Source: a virus
Lineage: Duplodnaviria > Heunggongvirae > Uroviricota > Caudoviricetes
Strand: one strand, 5' to 3'
IMG/VR virus record: IMGVR_UViG_2737471817_000007
Coordinates: 1 to 42,368 of that record
Length of the DNA stretch: 42,368 nucleotides
The notes under the pieces: generated by a model
What the model was told of the DNA's origin: nothing
The model's input: only the letters and a program-made list of their open reading frames with translations
The model's database searches: none
Translations under genes and position numbers: made by a program
Shown here: positions 1 through 9,990 of the stretch, one piece after another
How positions within the stretch are numbered: position 1 is the stretch's first letter
Layout: every line of letters begins with the position of its first letter

Positions 1-103
1 ATAGCTGCACCTGCACTGCCTGATGTCAGAACAGTATTTTGATGAATTGCCAAGGTTACAATGGCACAAATGCGGCACAGGAGGAAACGTGGTGTATTTA
101 AAT

Positions 104-170
104 ATGGGGTAACTCTTTGATTTTAATGGTGCGATAATAGGAGTCGAACCTACGACCTTCGCATTACGAA
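104..170. repeat. attL: partial copy of the tRNA-Thr 3' end plus about 20 bp of adjacent sequence
   Basis: 127-170 (tggtgcgataataggagtcgaacctacgaccttcgcattacgaa) matches 40925-40969 with one 1-nt deletion; weaker similarity continues over 104-126 versus 40903-40924. Confidence 0.75.
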
Positions 171-672
171 TTATAAGAATCCGCTTCTAATTCAAAGCAT
201 TACCCCATCAACACTGCGCTCACACGTCCCACCAAATCAAAACATGTAAAGCCTTGCAAGCCATTGCGAGGCCTTATGTGTCTCAGTTTTGTCCCACCTT
301 GTATTACGACTTGCATAGCCAATGAAGATAAACGTGACGACAAACGGCGCAGCGGTCTTCTTTTCCTTTATACTTTCCCCACCCAGCATGCATACCTTCT
401 ACCATAACTGTAGTGAATGTCTGTTATGGGCGAAGAGCGGAAAAAGCATACTGAGATCGCCCGGAATATGTCCCATACTTTTGATGAGCTAATTGTGTAC
501 CTCAAGGTGGATGTCGAGGCTTAACCTCGTAGTTATCATCTGCGCGTACCTTTTCAAACAGTTTGTTATCGCTAGCAAATAACATCTAAGGCTTCAGGGC
601 CAATAGATAGATATTGACTAAGCTAAATAGTTTGATTACTCTTCGAAAATTGATTAAATAAATTTTAATTGG

Positions 673-1461
673 ATGGTAAACATGGAAAACAAAAAAAGTT
701 GCGTTTATTGTAAAAGCACAACAAACTTAACTAAAGAACATATTTTCCCTTCAGCAATAATTAAAAGTTTTAATGTTGAACTTTTATCGATGACTGATAA
801 GAGTGACTACCATTTTAAAGGCGATCCAGTTATTGGGGATGTATGCGCTGAGTGTAATAATGGAATACTGTCGCAACTAGATGCTGATTTCGTAACTTGT
901 TTTAAAAATCAGATGCTAACACCTTTAAAACCCGGAAATGAAATAACATTTGAATATGAATATGATTTATTATTACGTGAACTTCTAAAGATATCATATA
1001 ATTCAGCGAGGGCATCAAATGGTGGTTATAATGCCAGAGCCATTTTAGAAAAATACATACCATTCATAATCACTGGCAATAAAAACAAAAATGTAGATAG
1101 TATAATTCTTTCCCTTCTAATTGTAACTTCTGCAAATATGGTTAATCTGGAAACTGGTAAACATGAAGAGCCTTTAGAACCATATCTATTAAGAAGCGCA
1201 TCGATTGGTGGTTTAAACCTCAACCCTAACAATTATATTGTTAGGATGGTTGCATTTAATAGCTTTTGGTTTTTTTTGTTAATTCCAAAGAGGCCAGTTA
1301 CATCCAAAGTGAAAAAAGAATTTTGGGATGAATTTAAAAGAAAAAATCATCTGCATGGAGTTTTGTTAAAAAGAAACAACACGTCAATAAAGATCACAAA
1401 AGATAAAACGACATATTTGCATCCTGACTTAATAGAAAAGATGTGGCGAAAAATAAAGTAG
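673..1461 (+). CDS. HNH-type nuclease-motif protein (CxxC...EHIFP...CxECN), very AT-rich cargo gene of unknown function
   Basis: 262-aa ORF; N-terminal CVYCKSTTNLTKEHIFP followed by CAECNN resembles HNH/His-Me zinc-finger nucleases; far lower GC than the phage backbone. Confidence 0.55.
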   Translation: MVNMENKKSCVYCKSTTNLTKEHIFPSAIIKSFNVELLSMTDKSDYHFKGDPVIGDVCAECNNGILSQLDADFVTCFKNQMLTPLKPGNEITFEYEYDLLLRELLKISYNSARASNGGYNARAILEKYIPFIITGNKNKNVDSIILSLLIVTSANMVNLETGKHEEPLEPYLLRSASIGGLNLNPNNYIVRMVAFNSFWFFLLIPKRPVTSKVKKEFWDEFKRKNHLHGVLLKRNNTSIKITKDKTTYLHPDLIEKMWRKIK

Positions 1462-1718
1462 AACAAATTTTCCAGTTGACAATACCAAAAATAATTAATG
1501 GGGACTAGGTTAAATGACGCAGTGGAACAAACTCACCAGAGAAGAAAATTAATGGTATTAATGTTCAATGTGTTCATTACTGTAACCTAGCCCCTACTAA
1601 TTTATTCACTATATTGCTGAGTATGTCCGCATCTGGCACATAGCAGTCCTAGAGACAGTGGCGTAAAGTCATGGATGATCGGTGGAAGGAGGCGCTAATC
1701 CTTTCATACAAAAAATAT

Positions 1719-1827
1719 GTAAAATCAATAACGGCTGTAAATCATTCAATACTCGCCCTATCGGAAGTTCACCAGCCAACCGCAGCACGTTCTTGCATAC
1801 GACGTGGCTGCGGTTTCAACTCCCGCC
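1719..1827. repeat. Hairpin element copy A (two predicted stem-loops; conserved loop ttcttgcatacga)
   Basis: About 90% identical to 3491-3602; core hairpin 1780-1813 shared with 4573-4608. Confidence 0.7.
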
Positions 1828-1912
1828 AATCATGATTGAGCGATAGTAGAATAGTAATAACAAAAATTGGTAGTTATCAGGCTCAGCAAAACACCAATCG
1901 GGTGGTGAGGAT

Positions 1913-1936
1913 ACAAAAAAGGCACCCGCAGGTGCC
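1913..1936 (-). terminator. Intrinsic terminator closing the XRE-ImmA operon (minus strand)
   Basis: ggcacc-cgca-ggtgcc stem-loop followed on the minus strand by a U-run (plus-strand aaaaaa at 1915-1920). Confidence 0.5.
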
Positions 1937-1999
1937 TTAAATACTAACCCTTAGCAGCGCACTAAAAATGCCCACGCCTCGTACCCGTAATCATGAGCA

Positions 2000-2104
2000 T
2001 CAAGGACTTTTTTTGATTTCCCACGCACCTTGCGGTAACGGCAGAAAACCCAACGGAACCCTTTGGGCGCCGCTTTTGAAGCAATTGATTTCAAACCCAT
2101 TCAT
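2000..2104 (-). CDS. Small 34-aa ORF (MNGFEINCFKSGAQRVPLGFLPLPQGAWEIKKSP) downstream of ImmA
   Basis: Strong Shine-Dalgarno (aaggaggtg) 5-6 nt upstream of the ATG; lies between the ImmA stop and the 1913-1936 terminator; below the ORF-track size cutoff. Confidence 0.25.
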   Translation of the reverse strand: MNGFEINCFKSGAQRVPLGFLPLPQGAWEIKKSP

Positions 2105-2222
2105 AAAACACCTCCTTACCAAGAGAGATTTTTCCCTTGAACATCTTCCCTGAAGGTGTTAATTTCAGGCTGTCTATCGAAGCTGTTCACGGTGGTGATG
2201 CCTCTTGGATTCATCACCTAAA

Positions 2223-2259
2223 GCCCCTTGCACTGGTTGGCGCCAAGCAAGGGGTTTTT
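2223..2259. terminator. GC-rich hairpin with T-run at the ImmA 3' end (terminator-like, better formed on the plus strand)
   Basis: gccccttgc ... gcaagggg stem followed by ttttt. Confidence 0.35.
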
Positions 2260-2779
2260 ACATTTTGTCTAGCTGATAACGCGCTGCCACTAATGAAACT
2301 CCGCATGCCTCAGCAACATCCTCAGCCGTCATACCTTTTAAAATACTGGCATGCATAGCTGGCACTAATAACTCACCACTAAAACATTTAGCTTGCCATT
2401 CACTACTCTCAAAAGGGCGGATTTTTACCCCTGGGGCAGAACGAGCAAATGCGATGTTCCTGTGCATAAGAAGATGACCCAGTTCATGCGCGGCAGTCAT
2501 CCTATCTCGCCCTACCCCATTCAAAGCGCCTTCGTAAATGTCTTCGCGCAGAATCAATAAATGTTCCTGTGGGTATGTAAGACCATGCGTCTCTCCCATT
2601 TCTTTCATACCACCAATGTGGAACTCAAAATCCGGGATCAACTGAGGCAATGCGAACTCAATTACCTCCATTACAGGGAATTTAAGCCCAGTAATACCAA
2701 ATGCGCTCCGCAGAGATCTGACGATAGAACGTATTGATTCACGATTCTGCGGAGGTACACGATAATCTTGTCCGCTCAA
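2258..2779 (-). CDS. ImmA/IrrE-family zinc metallopeptidase (COG2856-like)
   Basis: 173 aa with HELGH zinc-binding motif; immediately downstream of an XRE HTH gene in the same operon. Confidence 0.7.
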   Translation of the reverse strand: MSGQDYRVPPQNRESIRSIVRSLRSAFGITGLKFPVMEVIEFALPQLIPDFEFHIGGMKEMGETHGLTYPQEHLLILREDIYEGALNGVGRDRMTAAHELGHLLMHRNIAFARSAPGVKIRPFESSEWQAKCFSGELLVPAMHASILKGMTAEDVAEACGVSLVAARYQLDKM

Positions 2780-2787
2780 GCCGCCTC

Positions 2788-3147
2788 CTACTGCTGTTTT
2801 CGATTCAAAATCTGTCGTAAATTACGGAAGTCTTCTTCATTTAACTCATCAAAACTACGAGCGAACGCAATTGCGACTTCACGAGCGTGGCCATTCTTAC
2901 CTGACAAGCTGATCTCTACTGACTGCTGAGAGTCACGAGCTGCACTGATAAGCTTTTCTTTTTGTTTTTCATCCGCATTAAAATAGCTAATGATGCTATC
3001 AAGCACGGGCTTAGTGACCGCCCTTTTACCAGTTTCGATCGCTGAAAGATAAGACGAGGTCATACCCATAGCCTCAGCCATGCTTTTAAGCGTAAGCCCC
3101 AAGTCTATGCGCATTTTTCTTACTGTCTTACCAAACGGCGTTAACAT
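2788..3147 (-). CDS. XRE-family helix-turn-helix transcriptional regulator
   Basis: 119 aa; LTLKSMAEAMGMTSSYLSAIETGKR is a typical XRE HTH. Confidence 0.7.
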   Translation of the reverse strand: MLTPFGKTVRKMRIDLGLTLKSMAEAMGMTSSYLSAIETGKRAVTKPVLDSIISYFNADEKQKEKLISAARDSQQSVEISLSGKNGHAREVAIAFARSFDELNEEDFRNLRQILNRKQQ

Positions 3148-3327
3148 AGTTGCTTCTCCAGTGTGTCAAAGACCTTCAGTACTTCAGGTCTCATTTTAAG
3201 TTAACACTCCACAGACATGAAATCAACAAAATTCTGTTAATTTTTTTATCTTGCTTAGTTTATGAGTTTACATCTTATGTTGATAGAACTGTTGGTTGGT
3301 GAAGAATCATGGGGAAATGAGTCGTAA

Positions 3328-3483
3328 TCTCTTGATATTTTATGGTATGGAGATGAGTGTCAAAGCTACCATAGCGATGATTTTCCTGTTACCTACACCG
3401 CAGATAAGGATTCTGCTAATGCTTTTGTTCAGGAGACTCTGAAAGATACCTGGGAGTCTGCTGACGAGTGGTTTGTTCATTAA
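3328..3483 (+). pseudogene. Start-less ORF fragment (...[24 protein letters not shown]) ending exactly where hairpin element B begins
   Basis: About 50 codons of protein-like sequence with no in-frame ATG after the upstream stop. Confidence 0.2.
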
Positions 3484-3490
3484 TTAATAC

Positions 3491-3602
3491 GTAAAATCGA
3501 TAACGGCTGGAAATCATTCAATACTCGCACTATCGGAAGTTCACCAGCCAGTCGTAGCACGTTCTTGCATACGACGTGGCTACGGGTTTCGAGACCGACC
3601 CG
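3491..3602. repeat. Hairpin element copy B
   Basis: About 90% identical to copy A; hairpin 3553-3585 has a compensatory stem change (C-G to T-A) relative to A. Confidence 0.7.
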
Positions 3603-3680
3603 ATCATCAAACGAAACATAAAATTAGCTCACATTATGAGGAAAGGTATCTTTTTGCGCTATGTAAATTCAAAGGGTTAG

Positions 3681-4550
<870 letters not shown>

Positions 4551-4570
4551 GTCTTTAAGTGATAAGCATA

Positions 4571-4628
4571 AACCGCAGCACGATCTTCTTGCATACGACG
4601 TGCTACGGTTTCATTTATCTCCGACCGG
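4571..4628. repeat. Hairpin element copy C (core only), overlapping the 3' end of the invertase gene
   Basis: ccgcagcacg-atcttcttgcatacga-cgtgctacgg; left arm is A-type, right arm is B-type. Confidence 0.6.
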
Positions 4629-5165
4629 AAACTTCTTATACAGTGTCGATATACCAACATCATAGATGATCGCCACCTTCTGGCGAGGAACGCCTGATGC
4701 AATTAATCGTCCGGCCTGCTCCCATTGTTCTGGTGTAAGTTTGGGGCGACGTCCACCAATTCGTCCCTGTGCGCGAGCTGCTTCCAGTCCAGCTTTTGTT
4801 CGTTCAACAATCAGTTCACGCTCCATTTCAGCCAGGGCACCCATCACATGAAAGAAAAAGCGCCCCATTGGGGTACTGGTATCAATTGAATCCGTCAGAC
4901 TACGAAAGTTGATGCCTCGTTCGCGCAACTCCTCCACCAGCACGACAAGATGCCGCATACTGCGCCCCAGTCGGTCCAGTTTCCAGACCACCAGCGTGTC
5001 ACCTGCCGATAATGTCCTGAGCAGCTTTTTCAGTCCTGGTCTGTCGGACTTTGTACCGCTTATCTTGTCTTCAAAAATCAGCTTACATCCTGCACAGTTC
5101 AGCGCATTACGTTGTAGATCGGTATTCTGGTCATTTGTTGATACACGTACATAGCCAATAAGCAT
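4611..5165 (-). CDS. Serine recombinase / DNA invertase (Gin/Hin/Pin/Cin family)
   Basis: MLIGYVRVSTNDQNTDLQ N-terminus typical of resolvase/invertase catalytic domains; adjacent to oppositely oriented tail-fibre cassettes; the ORF track begins 12 codons earlier at 5201. Confidence 0.8.
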   Translation of the reverse strand: MLIGYVRVSTNDQNTDLQRNALNCAGCKLIFEDKISGTKSDRPGLKKLLRTLSAGDTLVVWKLDRLGRSMRHLVVLVEELRERGINFRSLTDSIDTSTPMGRFFFHVMGALAEMERELIVERTKAGLEAARAQGRIGGRRPKLTPEQWEQAGRLIASGVPRQKVAIIYDVGISTLYKKFPVGDK

Positions 5166-5166
5166 G

Positions 5167-5194
5167 TTAAATCCCCCTGGCAAAAGCAGGAATG
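5167..5194. other. Candidate left crossover site of the invertible tail-fibre segment
   Basis: aaATCCccctggcaaaagCAGGAAtg shares a ctggcaaa(a)g core, in inverted orientation, with 6963-6992; both copies encode the peptide LAKA. Confidence 0.4.
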
Positions 5195-5581
5195 ATGCCA
5201 TTTGCTTGTTATTTCTTCATTTTCATAAACATTGGTTTGGGAGAATTATCTCTGGCTGGCACTGCATCGGGTGTCATTGGCCTGAATGGGTATGTAACGA
5301 TCCCGTTAATTATTTCAGGTTCCCGGAGAACACTGATTATTCAGTGGGGGCAGGCGAGATTTGGTGGGTCTGGTGGTGAAGATGCCGGATATCTTAACGA
5401 TTTTCCTTTTGCCTTTCCGTCAGCATGTTATGGAATGATAGTTAGTCATGTGGGGCATACACCTTCAGGCGCAGGAATCTTGTCGGCTTCTGCAATTACA
5501 TCAAATCAGTTCCGCGGTTTTTCAAGCATAGCGACTGCTGCAAACGCTGTATTAGGTCGTTATATCGCTATAGGGGTGTAA
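5192..5581 (+). CDS. Alternative tail-fibre C-terminal (receptor-binding) segment, currently in the silent orientation
   Basis: 129-aa ORF opposite to the expressed fibre; same length as the fibre C-terminal part after the LAKA junction; contains an IIQWG motif of the kind seen in side-tail-fibre C-termini. Confidence 0.45.
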   Translation: MMPFACYFFIFINIGLGELSLAGTASGVIGLNGYVTIPLIISGSRRTLIIQWGQARFGGSGGEDAGYLNDFPFAFPSACYGMIVSHVGHTPSGAGILSASAITSNQFRGFSSIATAANAVLGRYIAIGV

Positions 5582-5582
5582 T

Positions 5583-6019
5583 ATGTTTTATAGTCCATCT
5601 TTAAACATTTTTGTGAATCCTGCACTTAAGGATGATTACATTAATGCAAATTCATGGCCAGATGATGCTCTGGCTGTCAGTGATGATGTTTATAATGAAT
5701 TTGCAATCAATACGCCTCCAGATGACAAAATTCGTGTTGCAGGAAAAAATGGATTACCCACATGGCACTAATACCTCCACCATCACATGAAGAACTTATT
5801 CAACAGGCAGAATCAGAAAGGCAATTATTGCTTAATCAGGCCAACGAATACATGAACAGTAAGCAATGGCCCGGTAAAGCCGCTATTGGTCGTCTGAAAG
5901 GTGATGAACTGGCGCAATATAATTTGTGGCTGGATTATCTGGACGCACTGGAGCTGATCGATACTTCCGGTGCGCCAGATATTGAATGGCCTACGCCTCC
6001 GGCAGTTCAGGCCAGATGA
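5583..6019 (+). CDS. Alternative tail-fibre assembly protein (Tfa'), apparently split into two frames near 5762-5771
   Basis: ORFs 5583-5771 and 5762-6019; the second ends with the Tfa signature DTSGAPDIEWP. Confidence 0.4.
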
Positions 6020-6593
6020 CATCCGGCGCTGTGCTGGTATCTGTTGCCGTCACCGCGTCAATGTAATCCAGCACAGCGTTAAGGCGGGTTGTTTCTGCCT
6101 GCGTCAGTTTACGTCCGGCCTGCAATTTCAGTTGAATCAGACTGATGGAAGCCATTGCTGCATCAATCAGTGACTGGCGCTGTGCTTCTGCCGCTTCTAC
6201 TGCGGCACAGTGTTGTGCCTCAGTGTCGGTCACCCATTTCTCACCATCCCATTTATCATATGGCGTTAACGGGGCGATAGTGGTTGTATTTTCTGGATAG
6301 TCGCCTGGTGCTGTGATTTCTTTGGCATCTCCCGTTTCGGTGTTATAGACGATTTCACCGCGATGGTCTGGCACATATTCCCATGAGTTAAAATCTGCAG
6401 AACGGCAGATTGCATAACCAGCTTTGTATGCGCCTGGAGCATCTAAACAGGAACATGCCGGAATACCGACACCCACAGCAAGATATTCAGTTGATGTGAA
6501 AATATATTCCCGTGTTTCACCATCATAGTTATAAACAGTAATATTTCCTGCCTGAGTGGCGATAAATTCGTTATTTAATACGGCGTAATCCAT
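5991..6593 (-). CDS. Tail-fibre assembly protein (Tfa / Mu U-like)
   Basis: 200 aa; C-terminal DTSTAPDVIWPELP motif; directly downstream of the fibre gene. Confidence 0.7.
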   Translation of the reverse strand: MDYAVLNNEFIATQAGNITVYNYDGETREYIFTSTEYLAVGVGIPACSCLDAPGAYKAGYAICRSADFNSWEYVPDHRGEIVYNTETGDAKEITAPGDYPENTTTIAPLTPYDKWDGEKWVTDTEAQHCAAVEAAEAQRQSLIDAAMASISLIQLKLQAGRKLTQAETTRLNAVLDYIDAVTATDTSTAPDVIWPELPEA

Positions 6594-7393
6594 TATGCAG
6601 CCCTCACGATATATGCAAATGCCAAGTTCCGTGGTCTGGTTTCTTTAATTAAAGAGGAGGCATCAGGTGAACTCACTGATTCAGCACCATTTCTTCCACC
6701 AGTGGTATAAGTAAAAACTCTTTCACTGTTAGACCAGTAATCCACACCAACTGTTTTTGCTGATGAAAAAATGGTTTCATCAGATATAACCTGTTCTATT
6801 CCATACGGGATATTAGTAACTGACCCCACTTTTGTAGGTATTCCATGATTATGAGAAATTACTGCATGCTCTTGATTCGTTAATAAAGTACGACCGCTAT
6901 CCACTCCACGCCCGTCATCCCAGCCACGAATAAACTCACCACGTAAATCAGGCAATTTATTTGTCGGATAAGCCTTTGCCAGTTCCGGGTATTCTTCAGC
7001 AGAAAAAGCGGCACCGTTGCATTTCAGCCAGCCTGTTGGCGGAGTGGCGGAAGGCCACGGAACAGGCACGCCAACGGGTAATGCTGAACCTTCTCCCAAA
7101 CCAAGGTTTTCGAGAGCCGTTTTCACCGTGCCATCCGATTTGATATCGCCAAACGGATTCTTGCGGCTTAACAGCAGCGCACGAAGCGCTGTAAGCAGCT
7201 GGTCATGCCGCCCCTTCTCCAGGCTGGCACCGGATGCCTCCACAACACTGCAAAGTTCCTCCTGCAACATGTCAAAGTAGTCATCATCCAGATCGGTGGC
7301 AGGTGTGCCGGTCTGGGGGTTACCACGGGTAAAACCGTTCTTACCCGCGCCGAACTTATCCTTCTGCGCGGTTTTCGTATCTATACGATGCAT
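6593..7393 (-). CDS. Tail fibre protein (constant N-terminal part plus currently expressed variable C-terminus)
   Basis: 266 aa with the conserved fibre motif [22 protein letters not shown]. Confidence 0.7.
   Translation of the reverse strand: MHRIDTKTAQKDKFGAGKNGFTRGNPQTGTPATDLDDDYFDMLQEELCSVVEASGASLEKGRHDQLLTALRALLLSRKNPFGDIKSDGTVKTALENLGLGEGSALPVGVPVPWPSATPPTGWLKCNGAAFSAEEYPELAKAYPTNKLPDLRGEFIRGWDDGRGVDSGRTLLTNQEHAVISHNHGIPTKVGSVTNIPYGIEQVISDETIFSSAKTVGVDYWSNSERVFTYTTGGRNGAESVSSPDASSLIKETRPRNLAFAYIVRAA
6963..6992. other. Candidate right crossover site inside the tail-fibre gene
   Basis: Inverted partial copy of the 5167-5194 core at the LAKA codons. Confidence 0.35.
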
Positions 7394-7396
7394 GGA

Positions 7397-7981
7397 TTAC
7401 TCCGGATATTTAAAAATTACGTAGGTATGCGACGGGCAGAGTTTGTTAAGCACACACTCGATAACGGTGTCGCCCCATATACGCAGCGCGGAATCACAGG
7501 GATCGCCACATGTCATCCAGGTGGTGTTGGTGGCGGCTGGCATGTTGACCTGCCAGTAATACCGCCATTCCGGCGCATTCACCGCGTCAGTACAGGCCGA
7601 TGAGCAGGTGAACGTGCTTTTGTCGTATCGCGTGATGGTAGCGTCTGGTCTGCCCAGGGCAGCAAGCTGTGCAAGATAAAAATCCTCGTTGATGCCGCCC
7701 GCCAGGTTAACCTTCGCATCCAGCCGTTGCTGACGCTGGCGAAGGGTCTGTGTCCCTGCGGGAATACATTCATCCGGCAGACCGCACAGACGCTCCCAGC
7801 GGTTTATCAGTTCAGTGGTGGTGCGCGGATCCAGCTCCCGCATCAGGGCATCCGCACGCTGATGAACGCGGGTTAATGACGGTGCCGCACCGGCAATCGC
7901 CGGATCGCTGGCTGACCACGCCGGACCGGGGGGCAACAGTGCTGACAACAGACGGATGTAATCATCGTTTGTCACGTCCAT
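7397..7981 (-). CDS. Baseplate/tail protein, Mu gp48-like (DUF2313/YmfQ-like)
   Basis: 194 aa; position and sequence character match Mu-type baseplate modules. Confidence 0.55.
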   Translation of the reverse strand: MDVTNDDYIRLLSALLPPGPAWSASDPAIAGAAPSLTRVHQRADALMRELDPRTTTELINRWERLCGLPDECIPAGTQTLRQRQQRLDAKVNLAGGINEDFYLAQLAALGRPDATITRYDKSTFTCSSACTDAVNAPEWRYYWQVNMPAATNTTWMTCGDPCDSALRIWGDTVIECVLNKLCPSHTYVIFKYPE

Positions 7982-9030
7982 GAAATCGTCCCCAGTACCG
8001 CCAGTTCATTTTTTGCAATGGAGATATTGTCTGCCGGTGCAAGCAACTGATGGCTGTATTCCCCGTTCGCACCGGAAATCGCCTCACTGATACGCGATAC
8101 CTTCAGTTCTCCCTGCGGATAACCATCACGCAGCAGGAACGAACGCAACTCCGCGGTGATGGCAGCCCGTATTTCCGGTGTGTCCGGCGTCACACGGATA
8201 TGAAAATCCACCGTATGTGCCACCGGCCTGAACACATACAAATCAGAGCCTGCCACCGGGGCCAGTGGCTCGATATGTTGTCTTGCCGCCGTTTCCGTTG
8301 ATTCTTCCGGAATGGGATTAATCAGGTCACTGCTGGCAATCATCACACCGACAGTTCCCGTTCCCATCCAGTGACGGTATGTCCATGCGCGGGTAATGCC
8401 GGGCACTTCTTTAGCCCAGACAACATAGTCCCCGTCAGCCCCGCCCTGCGGCGTCCAGTAATACCGCTCAATGACGCGGGCGCGCCACGTTTCCAGCTCT
8501 TCAGTATCAAATCCGCCTGTCAGGGTGTCAGCCACACCGGAAGACGGCAGACCATTCACCGGCGTGACCAGGATTAATGCCGTACCGTCGTCAGCATTAC
8601 CGACCGCACCTGCACTTGAGCAGGCGATCGGCACGCGCAGGACACCACCGGAGCTGGTTGCATCGTCAGTTGTCGTGTACTGCACCAGGTCATCGCGCTG
8701 AATAACACTCCCGGCGGTCACCTTCAGGCCATCGCTGACACCTTCCCAGCGCATATACCCACTGGCAACCGTGGCTCCCTTGCGCGGACACCGTTTCATC
8801 GCAGCATGTCGCGCCAGCCAGGACTCATCGCACAGGTCAGGCAGCATGTTCATTGCCAGATAATCGATGTAACCGTAAACCGTATGCAGCGCCGCCGCAT
8901 ACACCTTTGCCCGCACGTCTTCATCCATGCGCCGGAGCGTGTCGCTGACGTCCAGCCTGGCGAATAAATCGTTACGGAGCATACTAATATTTTCTGCCAG
9001 CGTCGGGCGCTGAAATTCACTGTCCGCCAT
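7972..9030 (-). CDS. Baseplate J-like protein (Mu gp47-like)
   Basis: 352 aa in conserved Mu-type order. Confidence 0.65.
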   Translation of the reverse strand: MADSEFQRPTLAENISMLRNDLFARLDVSDTLRRMDEDVRAKVYAAALHTVYGYIDYLAMNMLPDLCDESWLARHAAMKRCPRKGATVASGYMRWEGVSDGLKVTAGSVIQRDDLVQYTTTDDATSSGGVLRVPIACSSAGAVGNADDGTALILVTPVNGLPSSGVADTLTGGFDTEELETWRARVIERYYWTPQGGADGDYVVWAKEVPGITRAWTYRHWMGTGTVGVMIASSDLINPIPEESTETAARQHIEPLAPVAGSDLYVFRPVAHTVDFHIRVTPDTPEIRAAITAELRSFLLRDGYPQGELKVSRISEAISGANGEYSHQLLAPADNISIAKNELAVLGTISWT

Positions 9031-9445
9031 GCGTTATCGCACTCCACAGATCATCAAAAGAAATCATTACCGGTCCGTCACGACGCCAGAGGGTGATACT
9101 GTTACCCAGTTCATTAATCCCGGTGCGGCGGATATCCAGATCAATACGGGACACCACGCCGTCATCAATCATCCATTGCAGGCATTCGCGGATATACCCC
9201 CTTACCGTCTGCACCAGCTGATTGGTCAGTTTGCTGCGCTGAAGCAGCCACAGTCGGGAGCCGTAACGGTCATTCTGTACCGCAGGCCAGGTATCCCCCC
9301 ACCATCCCATCGGGACGTCGGCGTTGTCATCAGGCTCCGCCCGCCGCCAGGTAAACAGGGAAATCACCACGGCGCGGGTCAGCGGATCCAGCGGTGCGCT
9401 GGCGCAGGTGCGTTTACCGTTCACCGTCAGCCACAGTTCCATCAT
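9017..9445 (-). CDS. Baseplate wedge protein (Mu gp46-like)
   Basis: 142 aa; overlaps neighbours as in tail operons. Confidence 0.55.
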   Translation of the reverse strand: MMELWLTVNGKRTCASAPLDPLTRAVVISLFTWRRAEPDDNADVPMGWWGDTWPAVQNDRYGSRLWLLQRSKLTNQLVQTVRGYIRECLQWMIDDGVVSRIDLDIRRTGINELGNSITLWRRDGPVMISFDDLWSAITHGGQ

Positions 9446-9990
9446 GCCTCCATCGCTTTATCAGGTTTGTCGGTGTTACTGCCCTGACCGTTCTCTCTGT
9501 GACGATGCCCGTTATAGGCAAGCCGCATCGCTGACATGGTGGTGCCGCCGGAGTCGCACAGGTCTTTCACCTGTCCTGTCACTTCCAGGTCCATTTCAAA
9601 ACGTGCTTCAGGTGCATTGCGAAACGTGATCGTTTTACCTGCACCGTCCACCACGATCCCCTCCCGGGTCAGCATCACGGACTGCCCCTGATCGTCATAG
9701 ACAGCCACCTCACCCGTCTGCAGCCCTTTCAGGCGGTAGCGCCGGTCCGACACCGTAACAACCACCGCATGAGAACGGTCGCCATCCGGAAACAACACCA
9801 CCGCTTCCGCACCGCTGTTTGCCCTTGCGGTAAAACCGTAGGGTTCAAGATGCTCAACCCCGGCTTTGGGTTCACCGGCAATCAGGGACACATCCACGGT
9901 CTGACATTTCGTGGCGGCACTGATGCTTTTCACCACGGCCCGCCCAATCAGGCCGAGGAGTTGTCGCTGCATGGCTTCAATCGTCCTCAT
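9442..9990 (-). CDS. Baseplate assembly/spike protein (gpV / Mu gp45-like)
   Basis: 182 aa in conserved position. Confidence 0.55.
   Translation of the reverse strand: MRTIEAMQRQLLGLIGRAVVKSISAATKCQTVDVSLIAGEPKAGVEHLEPYGFTARANSGAEAVVLFPDGDRSHAVVVTVSDRRYRLKGLQTGEVAVYDDQGQSVMLTREGIVVDGAGKTITFRNAPEARFEMDLEVTGQVKDLCDSGGTTMSAMRLAYNGHRHRENGQGSNTDKPDKAMEA

Noticed and set aside
1026-1232. Antisense ORF inside the HNH-motif gene, and similar embedded ORFs across the window (for example 4666-4851, 4909-5154, 7017-7280, 13489-13812, 16036-16272, 21501-22337)
   Set aside because: They are fully nested in longer, better-supported genes on the other strand, with biased composition typical of GC-rich antisense frames.
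1968-2358. Two short plus-strand ORFs (1968-2153, 2137-2358) in the gap between the HNH gene and ImmA
   Set aside because: No ribosome-binding sites and non-protein-like composition; the region is better explained by terminators and the minus-strand small ORF.
5167-5194. Exact match of the invertase crossover sites to the gix/hix consensus
   Set aside because: Only a loose ATCC ... GGAA dyad and a shared 9-10 bp core are visible; the sites are reported as candidates, not as confirmed gix sites.
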